From contig DVED01000179.1 of the NCBI GenBank assembly GCA_015295945.1, positions 1,272 through 65,271 of the forward strand: a stretch of DNA of 64,000 bases. The letters are read 5' to 3'. Positions 59,624 to 64,000 of this stretch are shown in pieces (position 1 is the first letter of the stretch; each line of letters starts with the position of its first letter). The notes beneath the pieces were generated by a model. The model worked only from the letters and a program-made list of their open reading frames with translations. It made no database searches and had not been told where the DNA came from. Source of the DNA: Oscillatoriales cyanobacterium M59_W2019_021 (GTDB lineage: Bacteria > Cyanobacteriota > Cyanobacteriia > Cyanobacteriales > Geitlerinemataceae). The translations under genes and the position numbers were made by a program.

Positions 59624-59686
59624 CGACTAACCACTAACCACTAACCACTAACAAATCCCAACCCCAAACCCCAAACTCCTAACCCC
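59624..59686. repeat. heptad array (9 units)
   Basis: CGACTAA CCACTAA CCACTAA CCACTAA CAAATCC CAACCCC AAACCCC AAACTCC TAACCCC. Runs into the trmH-like stop codon. Confidence 0.75.
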
Positions 59687-60476
59687 TCTGTCGATAAGCT
59701 TCGTAGGCAATTAAGGCGGCGGAAAGGGCGACGTTGAGCGATTCCGTCTCGTTAGTCATGGGGATGCGGATCGATCGATCGGCGAGGTTGGCTAACTCCG
59801 GCGACAGTCCCGCCCCTTCGTTGCCCAGTAACACCAAACTGGGACGACACCAGTCGATTTCCCAATAGGTGGTATCGGCTTGGGCGGAGGTGGCGAAGAC
59901 GGGGATACCCTGTTGGCGGCATTGACGTGCCACCTCGGGTAAATCCGGGCTGACGGTCAGGGGTAGGCGAAACCATGCCCCAGCAGATGCCCGCAACACT
60001 TTGGGATGGTCTAAATCCGCACTATCGGCACTGACCCACAACCCTTCCACCCCGGCTGCGGCTGCCGATCGCATGATCGTTCCCAAATTTCCCGGATCGC
60101 GCACGGTTTCCAGGGCTAATCCCAGTCCGGACTGAGGTAACGGAATCGGGGTGGCGGGTTTGCTGGGGGCAACTGCCACGACACCATCGGGCTGAATGGT
60201 GGTGGCGAGGGCGTTCATCACGCTGTCGGTAACGATTGTGGCGCGATGGGCTTGTCGATCGATTTGTTCCCACATTTGGGGATAGCGAGCTTGCCAGGAG
60301 GGCGTACAGCAAACGGTGACTAACGGATAACTTGCTGCGATCGCTTCGGCAACCAGATGCGTTCCTTCGAGCAAACACAGTTGTTCTTGATGCCGATATT
60401 TGGTGTGGTGCAGCTTGCGAATTTTTTTAACGAGTGCATTTTGGAGGCTAGCGATCGGGGGTGGGGATACAGACAT
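59679..60476 (-). CDS. TrmH/SpoU-family RNA 2'-O-methyltransferase
   Basis: LLGNEGAGLS, IPM...ESLNVALSAAL SPOUT motifs. Confidence 0.85.
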   Translation of the reverse strand: MSVSPPPIASLQNALVKKIRKLHHTKYRHQEQLCLLEGTHLVAEAIAASYPLVTVCCTPSWQARYPQMWEQIDRQAHRATIVTDSVMNALATTIQPDGVVAVAPSKPATPIPLPQSGLGLALETVRDPGNLGTIMRSAAAAGVEGLWVSADSADLDHPKVLRASAGAWFRLPLTVSPDLPEVARQCRQQGIPVFATSAQADTTYWEIDWCRPSLVLLGNEGAGLSPELANLADRSIRIPMTNETESLNVALSAALIAYEAYRQRG

Positions 60477-60546
60477 GGAACTCGGTTACAAACTGTCTGT
60501 CATTTATTATCGATCGCTCGGGAATCGAACTTGACGAATCGCGCGA

Positions 60547-60660
60547 TTTTGGAGAGCATTAGCTACCCAATTCTTACCGATCGCCATGGTGGCTCGATTT
60601 CTTGTATTTCCTCACCGGGAAAAAGTACCGAATTTAACGTCGAAATTCCCATCCGACAGA
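60547..60660 (+). pseudogene. relic of the C-terminal end of a histidine-kinase HATPase domain
   Basis: AILESISYPILTDRHGGSISCISSPGKSTEFNVEIPIRQ resembles GLGLSISYQIV..HGG.L.C.S.PG.GTEF.IEIP. No upstream kinase sequence is present. Confidence 0.45.
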
Positions 60661-60896
60661 GCGCTCGGGTCAAGGATTCAGAGGGGTAGCGCTCGGATCG
60701 CCAACTCACTTTCTCAGATAACCGAATCGCCGATCGATTGCCAACAACAAACGGTAGAGACCCGATCCCATTCATTCAAAAATGGATGCGGAAAAACTCA
60801 GTGCGATTGTAGAATGGGTGAGGAGCGATCGCCCCGTGCGGATCTGCAACATTCATCCGAAAAACCCCATCAATTTCCCCCCTCAAATTGGACAAC

Positions 60897-63512
60897 ATGA
60901 CCCGATCTCGTTGGTTCGTTCTCCCCTCGAAATTTTTTTTACCCAAACTTATCGGATCGCTGTCGGGTTTGCTCCTCTCGGTGGGTTTGGCGTTCCCATT
61001 ACCCGCTCTGGCACAATCGGGACTGATGATCGTGCGCAGTCCGGACAATCAGGACGAATGGGAGGGAATTACCCAACGCCTGGAGGCGGCGGGAATTTCG
61101 TACCAAGTTCTCGAATGGTCGCAGGTAGACAGTGCCGACGATCTCGCCAAAGCGCAGTTGTTATTTTTTCCCAATGTGGAAACCTGGAGTCGGGAACAAG
61201 CCAACGCCATGGAAACTTGGTTAAATGAGGGAGGACGGGCGATCATTAGCGGTGCTGTCGGCACGCAATCCCCCTTGCGGGTGCGCCGCCAGTTGGATTC
61301 GATATTGGGCGCGTACTGGTCGATGTCCCTGCCGCCGTTGGTAACCCTGGAGGTGGTGGGTTGCCAGGAAGTTCGGCTGTGCGCAGCGTCCCCCAATTGG
61401 ATTCCCGCAGATATGACCAGCGGTTCCGTTCGCGGCGGTGTTCTGGCAACGACAGCAGATACCCAAACTGTTGCCGCTTGGAGAATTGCCGGAAATGCCC
61501 CAGCCGTGGTCGCTAACGATCGCGTTGCCTTCCTGGGGTGGCAGTGGGGGGCGGGGAACGAAGACTCCACGGAGTTCGATATGGCTTGGTTTCGCGCCGT
61601 TTTGGGGCATTACGGCGTGGCAATATCCCCAGAAGGTCTCCAACCGCCGGAAATGGACTCTCCCCCATCCCCAGTTCCCGATAAACCCCGGATTTCGGCT
61701 CCCCCCGAAGCCGAAATAACTGACCCCGCCTCCCAAGTCGCCCCGCCGGGATTGCGGGTCGAACCGGGAAATCGACCGATTACGCGCATCGAAGCGTTAC
61801 GGATGCGCCAGGAGTTGACGGCGTTGCTGGGACGGGTGGAAAGCGCTTTACTCGCCGCAGAATCGATGGAATTGCCGACGGCAATCGGAGAGAAAGGCGG
61901 CACTGGGGAAGGGGGCATTCTCGAAAGTGCTGCCAGCGATGCCATTACCGAAGCGCAGCAGGTGCTGCAAGCCTTTCCCGACTGGGTGGCGAACCAGCAA
62001 TACGGGGAAGCTCGCGATCGCTGGTTGCAGGCGCGACGGCAGTTGTGGGATCGCTATCCCAACGATCGACCCCGCGCCCCATCGGAGATCCGCGCCATTT
62101 GGCTCGATCGAGGAACGATCGTCCGGGCGGGTTCTCCCGAAGGATTGGCGCGAGTGTTCGATCGCCTTGCCAGTGCCGGGATTAACACCGTCTTCTTTGA
62201 AACCATCAATGCCGGATACCCCATTTACCCGTCGCAAGTTGCCCCCCAACAAAATCCCCTGATTCGCAATTGGGACCCCCTGAAGGCGGCGGTGGAGTTG
62301 GCACAGGCGCGAAATATGGAACTCCACGCTTGGATGTGGGTCTTCGCCATCGGCAACACCCGCCACAATGCGCTGGTGGGCGAGTCTGGCGACTATCCGG
62401 GTCCCGTGTTGGCACGGCATCCCGATTGGGCGAATTACGACAACGAAGGTCGCACCCAGCATCTCGCCTCCGGGAAGTGGTTTCTCGATCCGGCAAACCC
62501 CGAGGCACGCGCCTATCTCATGGAAATTGCCGAGGAAATTATCTCGAATTACGATGTAGACGGGCTGCAACTGGACTACATCCGCTATCCTTTCCAAGAT
62601 CCTAGTGCCGAACGGACGTACGGTTACGGCGTTGCCGGACGAGGACAGTTTCGGGAACTCACCGGGGTCGATCCGATCGATATTTCGCCGGACGATCGCG
62701 AGTTATGGCAGCAGTGGACGGATTTTCGCACGGAACAAATTGACTCATTTGTAGCGCAAATGTCGAAGTTACTGCGACGCAAAAATCCCGATTTAATCCT
62801 ATCGGCGGCGGTGTTTCCCCAATCGGAACACGATCGCATTCACAAGTTGCAACAACATTGGGAAAATTGGATCGAAAACGGGACGATCGACCTCATCGTT
62901 CCCATGACCTATGCGTTGGATACCAATCGGTTACAGCAACTCAGCGAACCCTTACTCGCCGCCCCCAGTTCCGTTCCGATCGTTCCTTCCGTGAAGTTAC
63001 ACGACCTTTCCGAAATTCAAGAAATCGATCAAATTCAAGCGTTGCGAGATTTACCGACTGCGGGATATGCCCTATTTGCCGCCGAAATGTTGGACGATTC
63101 GCTCTACCAAATTTTAACGAGCACGCAACCACCCAGCGATAACCAGCCGATTCCCTATCGCCAACCCTTTAAAGCGGCGGTCGATCGATTTGAAACGCTA
63201 CAACGAGAATGGAAATTCGTTCGCGATCGAGATCGCCTGTGGTTGCCCGAATCGGAAGCTACAGAAATGCAAACTCAAATTGAAGAATTATCGCGCGAGT
63301 TGGTAAAATTGGACGGCGAACCGACCTCGGAACAATTGCAATTAACCCTCGATCGACTGACTCAATTTCGCGAGAATTTTGAGGGATGGATGGCAAGTTC
63401 TAACTTCAATAATGCTTACCAAATTCGGACTTGGCAAAATCGCTTGGTCGCTTTGGAAACGCTGTTGCGTTATGGCGATCGAAGAATGTTTGCCAGAGAG
63501 GGCAATCGTTAA
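60897..63512 (+). CDS. glycosyl-hydrolase-like family 10 (GHL10/YddW, UPF0748) protein with long N- and C-terminal extensions
   Basis: Signal peptide; RAIWLDRGTI...AGINTVFFETINAGYPIYPS...ELHAWMWVF...DGLQLDYIRYP core. Confidence 0.75.
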   Translation: MTRSRWFVLPSKFFLPKLIGSLSGLLLSVGLAFPLPALAQSGLMIVRSPDNQDEWEGITQRLEAAGISYQVLEWSQVDSADDLAKAQLLFFPNVETWSREQANAMETWLNEGGRAIISGAVGTQSPLRVRRQLDSILGAYWSMSLPPLVTLEVVGCQEVRLCAASPNWIPADMTSGSVRGGVLATTADTQTVAAWRIAGNAPAVVANDRVAFLGWQWGAGNEDSTEFDMAWFRAVLGHYGVAISPEGLQPPEMDSPPSPVPDKPRISAPPEAEITDPASQVAPPGLRVEPGNRPITRIEALRMRQELTALLGRVESALLAAESMELPTAIGEKGGTGEGGILESAASDAITEAQQVLQAFPDWVANQQYGEARDRWLQARRQLWDRYPNDRPRAPSEIRAIWLDRGTIVRAGSPEGLARVFDRLASAGINTVFFETINAGYPIYPSQVAPQQNPLIRNWDPLKAAVELAQARNMELHAWMWVFAIGNTRHNALVGESGDYPGPVLARHPDWANYDNEGRTQHLASGKWFLDPANPEARAYLMEIAEEIISNYDVDGLQLDYIRYPFQDPSAERTYGYGVAGRGQFRELTGVDPIDISPDDRELWQQWTDFRTEQIDSFVAQMSKLLRRKNPDLILSAAVFPQSEHDRIHKLQQHWENWIENGTIDLIVPMTYALDTNRLQQLSEPLLAAPSSVPIVPSVKLHDLSEIQEIDQIQALRDLPTAGYALFAAEMLDDSLYQILTSTQPPSDNQPIPYRQPFKAAVDRFETLQREWKFVRDRDRLWLPESEATEMQTQIEELSRELVKLDGEPTSEQLQLTLDRLTQFRENFEGWMASSNFNNAYQIRTWQNRLVALETLLRYGDRRMFAREGNR

Positions 63513-63655
63513 ACCCCTGGCAGAATCGCTAACACGCCGCAGCCGTTGTGCGGACTTCGTCCCGATCGCCTCAAATCTCACACGCGATGGCGAAAATCAT
63601 TTAAGATTGGGGGATCGACGGCGAATTTGTAAGTCCAGCACGATTCAGAAAGGCG

Positions 63656-64000
63656 ATGCAATGCCAATTAGAACATATCCGAGATGGCGATACGCTGGTG
63701 GTCAGAGTCGGGACGGAGATCACCGATTTGAGGTTGTACGGCATTGACTGCCCGGAATTAGACCAACCCTATGGCGATGTGGCTCGATCGCGCCTTCAGG
63801 AGCTATTGGGACCGCATCCGGAATTGGACGTTATCGAACTCGATCGAGATCACTACGATCGCATGGTTGCCGAGGTTTGGGTGGGGAAATGCTGCATCAA
63901 TACCCAACTCCTCCGCGAAGGATTAGCCGTTGCCTACCGCTTTCACCTACAAGGCAAATACCGACAGCGATATATTACTGCCGAAGCGATCGCCAAACGC
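63656..64000 (+). CDS. thermonuclease (SNase-like) family protein, 3'-truncated by the window
   Basis: Hand translation from the ATG at 63656 gives MQCQLEHIRDGDTLVVRVGTEITDLRLYGIDCPELDQPYGD...DRYDRMVAEVWV...NTQLLREGLAVAY. The frame is open to nt 64000. Confidence 0.65.
   Translation, partial: MQCQLEHIRDGDTLVVRVGTEITDLRLYGIDCPELDQPYGDVARSRLQELLGPHPELDVIELDRDHYDRMVAEVWVGKCCINTQLLREGLAVAYRFHLQGKYRQRYITAEAIAKR

Overview
Cyanobacterial chromosomal DNA. The HIP1 octamer GCGATCGC is very frequent, and psaM, an HLIP gene, a CrtR-type hydroxylase and a fibrillin gene are present. About 80% of the window is ordinary core or sensory genes: crtR, dapB, cysS, wecB, glmS, valS, sdhB, trmH, a Clp/Hsp100 ATPase, a 1.6-kaa hybrid histidine kinase, a K+ channel, an ABC-F ATPase, an S8 peptidase and glycosyltransferases. 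No rRNA, tRNA, CRISPR array, transposase or integrase was seen. Two stretches are visibly AT-richer and HIP1-poor. The first is an islet of about 1.4 kb (27.5-28.9 kb) carrying a DUF433/DUF5615 pair whose toxin has an in-frame TAA. The second, the best candidate for something new, is an island of about 5 kb (38.77-43.73 kb) bracketed by a decayed duplicate of the valS 5' end. This island holds a sensor-less NB-ARC/STAND NTPase divergent from two unknown small genes, and a toxin-first pair of a mini-nucleotidyltransferase and a HigA-like XRE protein. It also holds a shattered VapBC-like module and a DUF2281/PIN pair whose PIN gene has TGA in place of a conserved Trp codon. Other observations: an unlisted 29-codon psaM; relic fragments of CHAT, PAS/kinase, HATPase and hemagglutinin-like genes; heptad-phased (STRR-like) intergenic repeats, including 16 consecutive heptads abutting a C39-ABC start codon; a 29-nt repeat at three convergent gene ends; a MITE-like nested palindrome; and sdhB-hli stop/start overlap. 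All family calls come from motif recognition by eye and were not confirmed by searches.
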